A DNA stretch of 64,000 nt from Hyphomicrobium sp. (GTDB taxonomy: Bacteria; Pseudomonadota; Alphaproteobacteria; Rhizobiales; Hyphomicrobiaceae). The stretch's first letter is position 1, and each line of letters starts with the position of its first letter. The position numbers were made by a program, and so were the translations under genes. The stretch covers positions 17,183 through 81,182 of the forward strand of contig NZ_JBAYUV010000007.1 in the NCBI RefSeq assembly GCF_041674905.1, written 5' to 3'. Under the pieces are notes generated by a model, which was not told where the DNA came from, ran no database searches, and was given only the letters and a program-made list of their open reading frames with translations. Positions 1-9,944 of this stretch are shown here, one piece after another.

Positions 1-806
1 GGCTCGAAGCGCGGATGCAGCGCCGACAGCTTCACCGAAATGGACGGCCGTTCGAAAATTGCGTCGACATTGGTGGCGGTGAACGGCGGCGCGGCGTTTC
101 CGACCGTGTCGATGGCGGCCATATAGCGTTGGAAGTAACGCTCTGCGTCGCGCTCGGAGCGGGCCGCTTCGCCCAGCATGTCGTAGGAGAAGCGGTAGCC
201 TTTTTCCTCGAAGGCTCGGGCGCGCGACAACGCGGCTTCGATCGTCGAGCCCAGCACGAATTGCTCACCGAGCAGGCGGACCGCTTGGCGCACGGCAAGG
301 CGGATCGTCGGTTCGCCCGAGCGCGCGACGAGGCGTTTCAGCGCTTGCAGAGGATTGGCGCCTTTGGCCTCCTTGAGCTTTACGATGCGCCCGGTGAGCA
401 TCAAGCCCCAGGTCGAGGCGTTAACGAGCAGGCTATCGGACTGGCCGAGATGCTTGTCCCATGCCCCGCCCGCGATCTTGTCGGCGATGAATGCGTTCGC
501 CGTTTCGGTATCAGGAATTCTGAGCAATGCCTCGGCGAGGCACATCAGGATGACGCCCTCGTCCGTCGCCAAGCCGTATTCGTGCATGAAGGCGTCGACG
601 CCGGAATGGTCGGCCTTGCTGGCGCGTGCGGTGTGGACAAGCCTGCGCGCGACGTCGGCGATACGCCGACGCTCATCTTCGGCGAAGAAAGCGCGCTCGA
701 TCAAGGCGCCGACGAGCCGCGGCTCGTCCGTCAAATATTGCGCGGAAAGTTCATCCCGGGGGGGAAGAGCGCGCTGTAAATCCTCGTGCCGCAATGCCGC
801 GACCAT
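1..806 (-). CDS. putA: Bifunctional proline dehydrogenase / P5C dehydrogenase PutA, N-terminal ~268 aa only (rest runs off the left edge)
   Basis: Not in the ORF track because there is no stop in the window. My reverse-complement translation from the ATG at 806-804 gives MVAALRHEDLQRALPPRDELSAQYLTDEPRLV...FIADKIAGGAWDKHLGQSDSLLVNASTWGLMLTGRIV...GYRFSYDMLGEAARS, typical of the PutA N-terminal region. The listed + ORF 15..779 is its Arg-rich antisense shadow. The start codon is uncertain. Confidence 0.8.
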   Translation of the reverse strand, partial: MVAALRHEDLQRALPPRDELSAQYLTDEPRLVGALIERAFFAEDERRRIADVARRLVHTARASKADHSGVDAFMHEYGLATDEGVILMCLAEALLRIPDTETANAFIADKIAGGAWDKHLGQSDSLLVNASTWGLMLTGRIVKLKEAKGANPLQALKRLVARSGEPTIRLAVRQAVRLLGEQFVLGSTIEAALSRARAFEEKGYRFSYDMLGEAARSERDAERYFQRYMAAIDTVGNAAPPFTATNVDAIFERPSISVKLSALHPRFE

Positions 807-985
807 TATTTGTAACCCGCTATATCCAGGCGCCGCCGACGATTCGCCTGCCGGACCAAGCATAGCAGATCGCGAAAATGTCCGCTGCTCTGCTCTCGAA
901 CGTAGTCAGCATCCAATTGTCTTGACGGGCCACCTCGTCTAGCGGCAGGAACGGCCTCGATTCTCAGCAGAATAAGGCGCGCGCC

Positions 986-1846
986 GTGAGCCATTCCGTC
1001 AAAGCCGTTTCCACCGTCCGGGACCTGAGACACGTCACGGCCGACTGGCGCAGCGCCGGCAAAACGATTGCGCTGGTGCCGACGATGGGCGCGCTGCATT
1101 CAGGACATGTTTCGCTGGTCAGGCAAGCCAAAGACCGCGCCGACAAGGTGGTCGTGTCCATCTTCGTCAATCCGACGCAGTTTGCCCCGCACGAGGATCT
1201 GGCGCGCTATCCTCGCGATGAAGCCGGTGACCATGCCAAGCTCACGGCGGCCGAAGCCGATCTCGTCTGGAGTCCAAGCGTCGAGGAAATGTATCCGGCG
1301 AGCTTCTCGACCGGCATCAAAGCCGGCAGCGCGGCGGCCGATCTCGAAGGCGCGTTCCGGCCGCACCATTTTGACGGTGTCGCGACGGTCTGCGCCAAGC
1401 TTTTCAACCAGGTCACGCCCGACGTCGCGATCTTTGGCGAAAAAGACTACCAGCAGCTCGCCGTTCTGCGGCAGCTGGTCGACGACCTCAACATGCCGCT
1501 GAAGCTCATCGCCGCGCCGACTGTGCGCGAGACGGACGGATTGGCGCTATCGTCGCGCAACGCCTACTTGTCGGAGAAGGAGCGCGCCATTGCGCCCGCG
1601 CTCTATGCGACGATCACCGATGCGGCGGAGAAAATCGCCATCGGAACGCCATTCAGCGTCGTGACAACGGATGCCACGGCACGCCTCGTGAAGGCGGGAT
1701 TCACGAAAGTCGACTATATTGACATTCGCGACGCTTCGACGCTCAGCGCGTCCGTGTCGCCCGGAAAACCGCTGCGTATCCTGGCCGCCGCATGGCTCGG
1801 GAAGACGCGGCTTATCGACAATGTCGCAGCCGGAAGCCCGTCTTAA
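986..1846 (+). CDS. panC: Pantoate--beta-alanine ligase
   Basis: 286 aa with a GTG start. It has the ALVPTMGALHSGHVSLV (HIGH-type) motif, SIFVNPTQF and FGEKDYQQL, which are canonical for PanC. Confidence 0.9.
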   Translation: MSHSVKAVSTVRDLRHVTADWRSAGKTIALVPTMGALHSGHVSLVRQAKDRADKVVVSIFVNPTQFAPHEDLARYPRDEAGDHAKLTAAEADLVWSPSVEEMYPASFSTGIKAGSAAADLEGAFRPHHFDGVATVCAKLFNQVTPDVAIFGEKDYQQLAVLRQLVDDLNMPLKLIAAPTVRETDGLALSSRNAYLSEKERAIAPALYATITDAAEKIAIGTPFSVVTTDATARLVKAGFTKVDYIDIRDASTLSASVSPGKPLRILAAAWLGKTRLIDNVAAGSPS

Positions 1847-2017
1847 GTGGCGGTTCGGCCACAAAGCTCATTGCGCGTGGTGGCGTGGGGCGCGGCTCAG
1901 TCTATAAGGACGTCTCCAAGATTCGCCTCAGCGGTTCTGCTGTCGTGCGTCAGGCCGCTTCGGGTTCTTTCGGGTTCCGGCGCGTGCCTGTCGGCGTGAC
2001 ATGATTGAGGATTGCTC

Positions 2018-4027
2018 ATGGGCCGATCGCAGATTGATCTCTTTTCGGAATTCGACAGCGAAATGACTGAAAAATCGTCGCGCGCCCGTAAACCGTCAGA
2101 TAGCACGGGTTACAGCGAGCATGACATCGAAGTTCTCGAAGGCCTGGAGCCCGTTCGCCGCCGCCCCGGCATGTACATCGGCGGCACCGACGAAAAGGCG
2201 ATGCATCACCTTTTCGCCGAGGTGATCGATAACTCGATGGACGAAGCGGTCGCCGGTCACGCGACATGGATCGAGGTCGAGCTTTCCGCCGACGGCTTCC
2301 TGGCCGTCACCGACAACGGCCGCGGCATTCCTGTCGGCCCGTACCCGAAGAACAAAAGCCTGAGCACGCTCGAAGTCGTCCTGACCGTGCTGCACGCGGG
2401 CGGCAAGTTCGATTCCAAGGCTTACAATACGTCGGGCGGCCTGCACGGCGTCGGCGTGTCGGTCGTCAACGCGCTTTCGGAAACGCTCGAAGTGCAGGTA
2501 GCGCGCGACCAGCAGCTTTATCGCATGGTCTTTTCGCGCGGCATTCCACAGACGAAGCTGGAAAAGCTCGGCTCGATCATGAACCGGCGCGGAACGAAGG
2601 TGCGTTTCCGTCCGGACGAGAAGATTTTTGGCAAGGGCGCTGCGTTCAAGCCCGCTCGGCTTCTCAAGATGTCGCGCGCCAAAGCCTATCTTTTCGCGGG
2701 CGTCGAGATCCGCTGGAAATGCGCGCCGGAACTCATCAAGGACGACACGCCGCCGGAAGCCGTGTTCCATTTCCCCGGGGGCCTCGCCGACTATCTGACC
2801 GAATCGATCGATGGCCGCACGCGCGTCACGAAGGATATTTTTTCGGGCCGGATCGAAAAGGACGGCGGGCACGGCTCGGTCGAGTGGGCCGTCGCCTGGA
2901 TTTCCGACGAGGACGGTTTTTCGCTCTCCTATTGCAACACCGTGCCGACTGCCGACGGCGGCACGCATGAGAACGGCTTGCGGCAGGCTCTCTACAAGGG
3001 GCTTCGCGCCTACGGCGAACTGACCGGAAACAAGAAGGCGCAGCAGATCACGTCGGAAGATGTGATGGGAACGGCAGCCTCGACGCTCTCCGTGTTCATC
3101 CGCGAACCGGAATTCCAGGGGCAGACGAAAGACAAGCTGGCGTCAGTCGAAGCGACGAAGATCGTCGAGACGGCGGTGCGCGACGCTTTCGATCACTGGC
3201 TTGTGGATTCTCCGCAGCAGGCGACGAAGCTGCTCGAATGGACCGTCGATCAATCGGAAGAGCGTCTGAAGCGGCGGCGGGAAAAAGAAGTCGGCCGGCA
3301 ATCGGCGACGCGCAAGCTGCGTCTGCCGGGAAAGCTCGCCGACTGCTCGATCCAGCAGGCTGCGGGAACCGAGATTTTCATCGTTGAGGGCGACTCGGCC
3401 GGCGGCAGCGCCAAGAGCGCGCGAGATCGCGAAACGCAGGCCATTCTACCGCTGCGCGGAAAAATCCTGAACGTCGCGAACGCGTCGTCCGCGAAGCTTT
3501 CGCAGAACCAGCTTCTGGCCGATCTCGTACAAGCGCTCGGCGCGGGCACAGCAGCGAAATATCGTGACGAAGATCTGCGTTACGAGCGCGTGATCATCAT
3601 GACGGACGCCGATGTCGACGGCGCGCACATCGCATCGCTGCTGATTACATTCTTCTATCAGGAGATGCCCGAGCTGATCGAGAATGGGCATCTCTTTCTT
3701 GCCGTGCCGCCTCTCTACAAAGTCTCCGACAAGTCGGATGTCGTCTATGCGCGCACCGAAGCGCATCGCGATCAGCTCCTCGAGACGCATTTCAAAGGCA
3801 AGAAGCCGAAGGTCACGCGCTTCAAAGGTCTCGGCGAGATGGACTTCAAGGACCTTAAGGAAACGACGATGGACAAGCGGCGGCGCACGCTGCTGCGCGT
3901 CTCAATCGGCGAAGGGGAACGCGACGGCTTATCCGAGGTCGTGAATTCGCTGATGGGATCAAAGCCCGAAGCACGCTTCCGTTTCATTCAGGAGCGTGCA
4001 GCCTTCGCCAAGGACCTGGACATCTAA
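2018..4027 (+). CDS. parE: DNA topoisomerase IV subunit B
   Basis: Motifs LEGLEPVRRRPGMYIGGTD, HLFAEVIDNSMDEA, the EGDSAGGSAK Toprim motif and IMTDADVDGAHI. At ~670 aa the length fits ParE rather than the ~800-aa GyrB. I prefer the ATG at 2018 behind GAGGA over the TTG at 2012. Confidence 0.88.
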   Translation: MGRSQIDLFSEFDSEMTEKSSRARKPSDSTGYSEHDIEVLEGLEPVRRRPGMYIGGTDEKAMHHLFAEVIDNSMDEAVAGHATWIEVELSADGFLAVTDNGRGIPVGPYPKNKSLSTLEVVLTVLHAGGKFDSKAYNTSGGLHGVGVSVVNALSETLEVQVARDQQLYRMVFSRGIPQTKLEKLGSIMNRRGTKVRFRPDEKIFGKGAAFKPARLLKMSRAKAYLFAGVEIRWKCAPELIKDDTPPEAVFHFPGGLADYLTESIDGRTRVTKDIFSGRIEKDGGHGSVEWAVAWISDEDGFSLSYCNTVPTADGGTHENGLRQALYKGLRAYGELTGNKKAQQITSEDVMGTAASTLSVFIREPEFQGQTKDKLASVEATKIVETAVRDAFDHWLVDSPQQATKLLEWTVDQSEERLKRRREKEVGRQSATRKLRLPGKLADCSIQQAAGTEIFIVEGDSAGGSAKSARDRETQAILPLRGKILNVANASSAKLSQNQLLADLVQALGAGTAAKYRDEDLRYERVIIMTDADVDGAHIASLLITFFYQEMPELIENGHLFLAVPPLYKVSDKSDVVYARTEAHRDQLLETHFKGKKPKVTRFKGLGEMDFKDLKETTMDKRRRTLLRVSIGEGERDGLSEVVNSLMGSKPEARFRFIQERAAFAKDLDI

Positions 4028-4097
4028 CGTCCATCGTCATGGCCAGCACGGCCATGACCGCGAGCGCGTTCAACGCGCATCGCGTGTGAGATCGCTT

Positions 4098-5495
4098 CTA
4101 ACCCTCTTTCAGCGAATCCCGGTTTTCGCGCTCGATCGCGTCGGGGTTTCGGACCTTGGCATATTCGAGCGTCGAGGTATCGACGTAGGCCTCTTGCTGG
4201 TCCTTCGGCGCGTACTTCTCTCCCAACACCTCGATGACGGTCGGATTTCGGTCCTCGATCTCACCATACGGCGAGTTGAAGTAGCCTTCGACCACGACTC
4301 CCTTCTCGCGATATTCGGGGTCCTGCAGCAGCAGTTCGTGTAGGCCATGCAGCTTGTAATGCGGAACCGACGCGTAGATGTGATGCGGCAGGTGGTAGTC
4401 CATGCCGAACGGGAACACCGCATAGCGGATGAACGGATTGACGAGAAACACGCGCGAATTCGTATAGCGCCCACGATCAGCATTTCCATGCTGCACCCAT
4501 TGGCGCATGATCATGAACAGCGGGAAGGTCGTGAACAGAGGAACGATCCAAAGTAGCGCGAAGTAGCTCCACGCCTGCCCCCAGCCGCCGACTTCGATCG
4601 CGGTCAACGCCGCATAGAGGGTCGCCATGAAGGCGACGCGACTGATGTTCGTCGTGCGGTGCGAGATGACCGTTTCGACGTGCGCATGCGGAAGCTTGTT
4701 CTCGTCGAGGCGCGCGAAGTACGTCACGACAACGGCCGTCAGTGCGCCGAGGGCGGCAAACGCCAGCGCGCCATGTCCTGAGCGAACCAAAGGAACGACT
4801 GCAGCCGGGGCGGCAATGGCAAAAAGGATTCCGGCCAGCGTCGGAAGTCTTTCGCCGCGCTTTTCGCGATCGACATAAGGGTTGTTCACGGTCCCGAGCG
4901 CGCTGTAGCGAGCGCGCGCAATGGTGTAGCGGAACAAATTCGGCAGCCAGATTTGCTTGCCGAGCGCGGCCAGCATCTCGAAGTGCGTAATCGGAAAATC
5001 GAGGTCGTGGCCGCTGTCGTGCAACTGCGCCCAATCGGGATCGCGCACCGGATCGTTGATGAACTGGTGATGCGCGAGGTGGTGCAAACGGAAGTGGAAG
5101 GTCGACGTATAGATCGGAAATGCCGCGAACCAATCGGACGCCAGCTCGTTCAAAATCTTGTTCTCGAACAGAATGAAATGCGTGCCCTCGTGAATGATGC
5201 CGCCAAACTGATGCTGCGAGGCGCCGATCACGACGATCGCAACAAGCGTCGCGGGGATATTCCACCACCATTCCAAGCCTGCGGCCGCAACGGCGGAATA
5301 GCTCCAGAGCGCGCCGCCAATCGCGGCCGCGATCACCAGGTAGACAAAACCGATGTGAGAGAAGTTCGTCGAGTTATCACGCTTCTTCAATTCGCGAATG
5401 GCTTCGCCGCGGCGTTGACCCTTCGATCGCGCCGCAGCGGGAGGGCTGACAGTTTCCGCCACCAATTCGGTCTTCGCTAAGGCGTTTGCAGTCAT
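4098..5495 (-). CDS. Membrane fatty-acid desaturase family protein (three His boxes)
   Basis: 465 aa with several TM segments and His boxes HEGTH, HHLAHH and HHIYASVPHY. The substrate cannot be told from sequence. Confidence 0.8.
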   Translation of the reverse strand: MTANALAKTELVAETVSPPAAARSKGQRRGEAIRELKKRDNSTNFSHIGFVYLVIAAAIGGALWSYSAVAAAGLEWWWNIPATLVAIVVIGASQHQFGGIIHEGTHFILFENKILNELASDWFAAFPIYTSTFHFRLHHLAHHQFINDPVRDPDWAQLHDSGHDLDFPITHFEMLAALGKQIWLPNLFRYTIARARYSALGTVNNPYVDREKRGERLPTLAGILFAIAAPAAVVPLVRSGHGALAFAALGALTAVVVTYFARLDENKLPHAHVETVISHRTTNISRVAFMATLYAALTAIEVGGWGQAWSYFALLWIVPLFTTFPLFMIMRQWVQHGNADRGRYTNSRVFLVNPFIRYAVFPFGMDYHLPHHIYASVPHYKLHGLHELLLQDPEYREKGVVVEGYFNSPYGEIEDRNPTVIEVLGEKYAPKDQQEAYVDTSTLEYAKVRNPDAIERENRDSLKEG

Positions 5496-5819
5496 CTGTC
5501 GAAAACCCTCGGTCTAGCCGCCAGTTATCAGCATGGCCGTGCATACGCGATTGCTACAAGGCACCCGATCTCACCGTTGCTGAACGCATGTTACGCCTCG
5601 GAGCACCAACCAGAAAATCAATTCAGCTAATATGACAAATAAGCAATTCTCGATTTGTGACCGGATTCCAACGCTTTTTTTGCAATCTGATTTAACCGAT
5701 GTGGGCGCCGCTTGGCTCGCTCCATAAGCCGATCTCAGTTACGATTATTCGGCGTGGCGGCGATTCGGAGCAAGAGAATCGCTGCGCGCGGTGGACATTG
5801 CCTCAGGGGGAAATTTTGC

Positions 5820-6491
5820 ATGAATAGCAGAGCAATCGCAGCCGAAGCGTCCGGCACCTTTATGCTTATGGCGTCCGTTCTCGGCGCCGCCTTTTACTCA
5901 TTCGGAGCGCCCGCGGGCGCAGCCGGCATTCTCGGCGTCGCGTTGTCTATCGGCTGCACCGTCATGGTGATGGCGTATGCGGTTGGCCATATCTCAGGCG
6001 GTCACTTCAATCCGGCTGTCACGCTCGGGCTGGTCGCGGGCGGCCGGTTCGAGGCGAGCAAGGCCGTGCCTTACATCATCGCGCAAGTCGTCGGCGCGCT
6101 GGCCGCCTGCGGAGTATTCTCGCTCGTCGGTCACACGGGCGCGACGTTCGCTGCGAACGGTTACGGCGAATTGTCCATGCTCAAAGCAAGCCTAACTGAA
6201 GTCTTCATTCTCGAGACGGTCCTGACGGCCTTCTTCCTTGTTGTCATCATGGGCGTAACGCGCGCGAATGGACCTGCTCTGCTGGCGCCGGTCGCGATCG
6301 GCCTGACGCTCACCGCTATTCACTTGATGTCGATACCGATCTCGAACACGTCCGTGAACCCTGCCCGGAGCTTCGGTCCGGCGATCTTTGCGGGCGGCGA
6401 AGCTCTGACGCAGGTCTGGGTGTTCTGGGCCGCGCCGATCCTCGGCGGCGTCATCGGCGGCCTGTTCGGCAAGTGGCTGCTCGAAGACTGA
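5820..6491 (+). CDS. aqpZ: Aquaporin Z
   Basis: Two NPA motifs (HFNPAVTLG, SVNPARSFG) and six TM segments. The start is taken at the internal ATG (MNSRAIAAEASGTF) of ORF 5712..6491, giving ~224 aa. Confidence 0.9.
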   Translation: MNSRAIAAEASGTFMLMASVLGAAFYSFGAPAGAAGILGVALSIGCTVMVMAYAVGHISGGHFNPAVTLGLVAGGRFEASKAVPYIIAQVVGALAACGVFSLVGHTGATFAANGYGELSMLKASLTEVFILETVLTAFFLVVIMGVTRANGPALLAPVAIGLTLTAIHLMSIPISNTSVNPARSFGPAIFAGGEALTQVWVFWAAPILGGVIGGLFGKWLLED

Positions 6492-6827
6492 TCGCTGTAC
6501 GTCTGAGAAACCGGAGCGGGGAAACGGTTTCCCGCTTCGGCCCAACAATCGGGATGTCCGGATTACGCTATCCCCTGCCCGTGACAGAAACGCGCGGCCC
6601 AACAGTGCGAAACCACCGAGTTTTCCTTGCACTCGCGGCTGATGTGTGCGAGCACGCGGACGTGCCGGAGCGCAGGGGATCGAGTTTGCGCATTTTTTAC
6701 GCATTTTGATCCGCACTCCCATTTCGGCTTTGGACCTTTTCGGCACCCTATCCCCCTGCGCTCTCAATCGACCGTCTGGTGCTTTCGCGCCGGAGTTTTT
6801 GGGTTGTGCAGATGGAGACGTTGACTA

Positions 6828-8432
6828 TTGGACAGCAAGACGTTCGCTGACCTCGGGCTTTCGCCCAAGGTTCAAGCGGCTGTAACGGCCGCGGGATATG
6901 TGAATCCCACCCCTATTCAATCCGCCGCTATTCCGGTTGCCCTAACCGGCTGCGACATTCTCGGTATCGCGCAAACGGGCACGGGCAAGACCGCCTCTTT
7001 CGTTCTTCCGATGATCACGCGGCTCGAGACGGGCCGCGCTCGTGCCCGAATGCCACGCTCGCTGATCCTGGCGCCAACGCGCGAGCTTGCCGCTCAGGTT
7101 GAGCAGAGCTTCGAGAAATACGGTGTCAATCACAAGCTGTCGGTGGCGCTGTTGATCGGCGGCGTGTCGATGGACGAGCAGGTGAAGAAGCTCGACCGCG
7201 GCGTCGACGTCCTGATTGCGACCCCGGGGCGCTTGCTCGACCATTTCGGGCGCGGACGCGTCATGCTGATGGGCGTCGAAATCCTCGTCATCGACGAAGC
7301 CGACCGCATGCTCGACATGGGCTTCATTCCGGACATCGAAAAAATTTGCAAGCTGCTGCCGCCGCGCCGGCAGACGCTGTTCTTTTCCGCGACGATGCCG
7401 CCCGAGATCACACGGCTCGTCGATCAGTTCCTTAGAGATCCGACGCGCATCGAAGTCGCCAAACCCGCAACGACGGCAAAGACGATCACGCAGCGCTTTG
7501 CTTACTGTCAGAACGGAGAAGACTGGGCGAAGCGTGAGATGCTTCGTGATCTCATTCGCGACGGCAACGTCAAGAACGCGATCATCTTCTGCAACCGCAA
7601 GCGCGATGTCGCGGTGCTCTACAAATCGCTATCCAAGCACGGGTTCAATGCTGGAGAGCTGCACGGCGATATGGACCAGACGAGCCGCACGGAGACGCTG
7701 GACAAGTTCCGCAACGGCGAGATCATGCTGCTTGCCGCGTCCGACGTTGCCGCGCGCGGCCTCGATATTCCGGATGTTTCGCACGTCTTCAACTTCGATC
7801 TTCCGTGGGCAGCCGACGATTATGTCCACCGCATCGGACGAACGGGGCGCGCGGGGCGGGAAGGCAATTCGACATCTCTCGTCAGTCCGGACGACCTGAA
7901 ATTCGTCGCCGATATCGAGAAGGTGACGGGCGAAGTTGCGGTCTGGCTCGGCGATCCTCCAAGCGAGGAAGATATCGCGGGCGCAGGCAAAAGGCGCCGG
8001 GGTCGCGGCGGACGTGGGGCGTCGCAAGCAAAGTCCAGCCGGCCGCACAGTGGTCGCGAAGCGCGAAAGTCCGAACCTAAGAAAGTCAACGGCGCGCCGC
8101 GCCACGACGAGCCCGAAGGCAAGGTCGAACGCCCGCAGCCATCCACGCCACCCACGCAGCAGGCGAAGCGTGAACGTCCTCGTGCGAGCGAGCAGCCGAC
8201 GCGCGATAAACCGCAACGGCCCGCGCCGCGTCCGCGCGCGGCCGACAGCTGGACGGACGAGCCGAAGGCGGCGCCGCGTCGCGCTCCGTCTGTGGAACGT
8301 CCGCCCGCCGCCGAGCCGACTCGCAAGCCGCAACAGGCACCCAGGACGGATGATCGCGTCGGATTCGCGGAGAATATCCCGGCGTTCATGCGCAAACCCT
8401 CACGCCCAGCGAAGGTGCCCGGCCGAGGCTAA
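6828..8432 (+). CDS. DEAD-box ATP-dependent RNA helicase (RhlE-like) with a ~150-aa Arg/Lys/Pro-rich C-terminal tail
   Basis: Q motif TPIQ, AQTGTGKT, PTRELA, the DEAD box in VIDEADRMLDMGF, SAT, and HRIGRTGRAG. TTG start. The tail from ~7990 is low-complexity and basic. Confidence 0.9.
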   Translation: MDSKTFADLGLSPKVQAAVTAAGYVNPTPIQSAAIPVALTGCDILGIAQTGTGKTASFVLPMITRLETGRARARMPRSLILAPTRELAAQVEQSFEKYGVNHKLSVALLIGGVSMDEQVKKLDRGVDVLIATPGRLLDHFGRGRVMLMGVEILVIDEADRMLDMGFIPDIEKICKLLPPRRQTLFFSATMPPEITRLVDQFLRDPTRIEVAKPATTAKTITQRFAYCQNGEDWAKREMLRDLIRDGNVKNAIIFCNRKRDVAVLYKSLSKHGFNAGELHGDMDQTSRTETLDKFRNGEIMLLAASDVAARGLDIPDVSHVFNFDLPWAADDYVHRIGRTGRAGREGNSTSLVSPDDLKFVADIEKVTGEVAVWLGDPPSEEDIAGAGKRRRGRGGRGASQAKSSRPHSGREARKSEPKKVNGAPRHDEPEGKVERPQPSTPPTQQAKRERPRASEQPTRDKPQRPAPRPRAADSWTDEPKAAPRRAPSVERPPAAEPTRKPQQAPRTDDRVGFAENIPAFMRKPSRPAKVPGRG

Positions 8433-8637
8433 GAAACGCGCGGCCGAACCGCAGAACGACGCCTCGCTCAAATCGGGCGCATCCAGGATGCGCCCGCCTC
8501 GGCGGCGCGTTCTCCTCCTCATCGCCGATCGGATGATAAGCCACCCGGCCTATGGTCGGCGCGTCGGTGCACACCACATCCCCACCACGGACGGCGGAGT
8601 GGCACGGTTAGACCTGCAGCCAAAGGAATTTGGCGCC

Positions 8638-8910
8638 ATGACCCTCTCGACAAAGGCTCTCGTCGCGGCCGCTGCGACGGCACTATCCGCTTGCGCTTTC
8701 AGTTTGCCCGCCAGCGCTTTCTATCTGGGCTACGCAAACGGCGACCCTGGGAATTGGGGCTTCTACCAGGAGCAGCACAACGGCGCCTCGCCGCCCGCTG
8801 CCACAGCGTTTCCCGTTGGCCCTCACCACGCCCGCATAGTTCACAATGGGCGAGAGTATGGCCCCATGAGCGAAGAATGGCGCGGTCACACCCTGGAGCG
8901 GATGCCATGA
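8638..8910 (+). CDS. Hypothetical small secreted protein (90 aa)
   Basis: Internal ATG of ORF 7936..8910 preceded by AAGGA. It has a signal-peptide-like N-terminus (MTLSTKALVAAAATALSACAFSLPASA). No family recognised. Confidence 0.45.
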   Translation: MTLSTKALVAAAATALSACAFSLPASAFYLGYANGDPGNWGFYQEQHNGASPPAATAFPVGPHHARIVHNGREYGPMSEEWRGHTLERMP

Positions 8911-8951
8911 TTTGAGCGGGACCAACGACGCTTAGAAAAATCGCAAAAACA

Positions 8952-8980
8952 TGAGGCGCCGCTGGAACAGCGACGCCTCA
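8952..8980. terminator. Hairpin between convergent genes (candidate bidirectional terminator)
   Basis: TGAGGCGCCGCTG-GAA-CAGCGACGCCTCA forms a ~12-bp stem with one mismatch. It lies between the 8638..8910 gene and sufA. There is no clear U-tract. Confidence 0.4.
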
Positions 8981-9003
8981 CAAAACATCAACTCCATTTG
9001 CTG

Positions 9004-9381
9004 TCACCGATCGGCCGGGGCAAAGCCCTCCGGCACCACTGGCGCCGGTTCGAGATTGACGCTCTCACCGCAGCCGCAGGCGCTTTTCTGATTTGGATTG
9101 TTGAACACAAACTGGGACGAAAGCTTATCGGTCTTGAAGTCCATCTCGGTGCCGAGCAAATACATGATCGCGGCCGGATCGATGAGGACGATGGCGCCCT
9201 TATCCTCGATCACCTCGTCGAATTTGCCGATCTGATCGGCCCACGACATCGTATATTCCATGCCCGCGCATCCGCCCTTCTTGATGCCGATCTTCAGCGC
9301 CTTGACGCCGGGCTTCTGGGCAATCAACGCCACGATGCGCCCCGCGGCGGCGTCCGTCAGCGTCATGACTTTTGGCATCAT
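9004..9381 (-). CDS. sufA: Fe-S cluster assembly A-type carrier (SufA/IscA/ErpA family)
   Basis: GGCAGMEY and the C-terminal ACGCGES motif. It is the last gene of the suf operon. The start is taken at MMPKVMTLTD; ATGs at 9366 or 9450 are alternatives. Confidence 0.85.
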   Translation of the reverse strand: MMPKVMTLTDAAAGRIVALIAQKPGVKALKIGIKKGGCAGMEYTMSWADQIGKFDEVIEDKGAIVLIDPAAIMYLLGTEMDFKTDKLSSQFVFNNPNQKSACGCGESVNLEPAPVVPEGFAPADR

Positions 9382-9462
9382 TCTAAGCGAGGGCACTCGG
9401 GCCTCCGTGGTTCGATGAGCGGTTCCCATATATGGGTATCCGCGTTGCAAAAGCGAGGTATC

Positions 9463-9933
9463 TCAGAACATGCCGACCGCGAGCCGAGCCTCATCCGACA
9501 TCCGGCTCTGATCCCAGGGTGGGGTAAACACGACGTTGACCTTCGTATGGGCGACACCCGGTACGGCATTGACGGCGTTTTCGACCCAGATCGGCATTTC
9601 ACCGGCAACCGGACAGCCCGGAGCGGTGAGCGTCATATCGATAACGACGTTGCGGTCGTCGTCGATCTCGACCTTATAGATCAGCCCAAGCTCGTAGATG
9701 TCGGCCGGGATCTCGGGGTCGTAAACCGTCTTCAACGCCGCGACGATGTCGTTCGTCAGGCGATCGATTTCTTCCGACGACAATCCCGTCGATGCTGCGG
9801 GCGGCGGAGCTTCGCCGCTGGTTTCCGCAAACGCATTCGCGCCGTCATCGGACGGCGTCACAGGCGGTGCGTCGAGGCCTTCAACGGCCGTTTTCAGAGC
9901 TTCGCGCTCTTCGGTCTTCTGCTTCCCGTCCAT
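9463..9933 (-). CDS. sufT: SUF system Fe-S assembly protein, DUF59/MIP18 family (SufT-like)
   Basis: VYDPEIPADIYELGLIY...MTLTAPGCP motif typical of DUF59. It has an N-terminal Ala/Pro-rich extension and lies between sufS and sufA. Confidence 0.8.
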   Translation of the reverse strand: MDGKQKTEEREALKTAVEGLDAPPVTPSDDGANAFAETSGEAPPPAASTGLSSEEIDRLTNDIVAALKTVYDPEIPADIYELGLIYKVEIDDDRNVVIDMTLTAPGCPVAGEMPIWVENAVNAVPGVAHTKVNVVFTPPWDQSRMSDEARLAVGMF

Positions 9934-9944
9934 GCGGAAGCTCC

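Noticed and set aside
15-779. 254-aa plus-strand ORF covering the left end of the window
   Set aside because: Arg/Gly-rich with no motifs. It is exactly antisense to a frame that translates into an unmistakable PutA N-terminus, a typical high-GC shadow ORF.
5496-5819. AT-rich 320-bp spacer between the desaturase and aqpZ as a possible mobile remnant or sRNA
   Set aside because: It looks like an ordinary divergent promoter region. No repeats, terminators or ORFs with support were found.
7936-8637. Long N-terminal extension of ORF 7936..8910
   Set aside because: It overlaps the basic tail of the helicase gene in another frame. Only the last 90 codons (signal peptide, own RBS) look like a gene.
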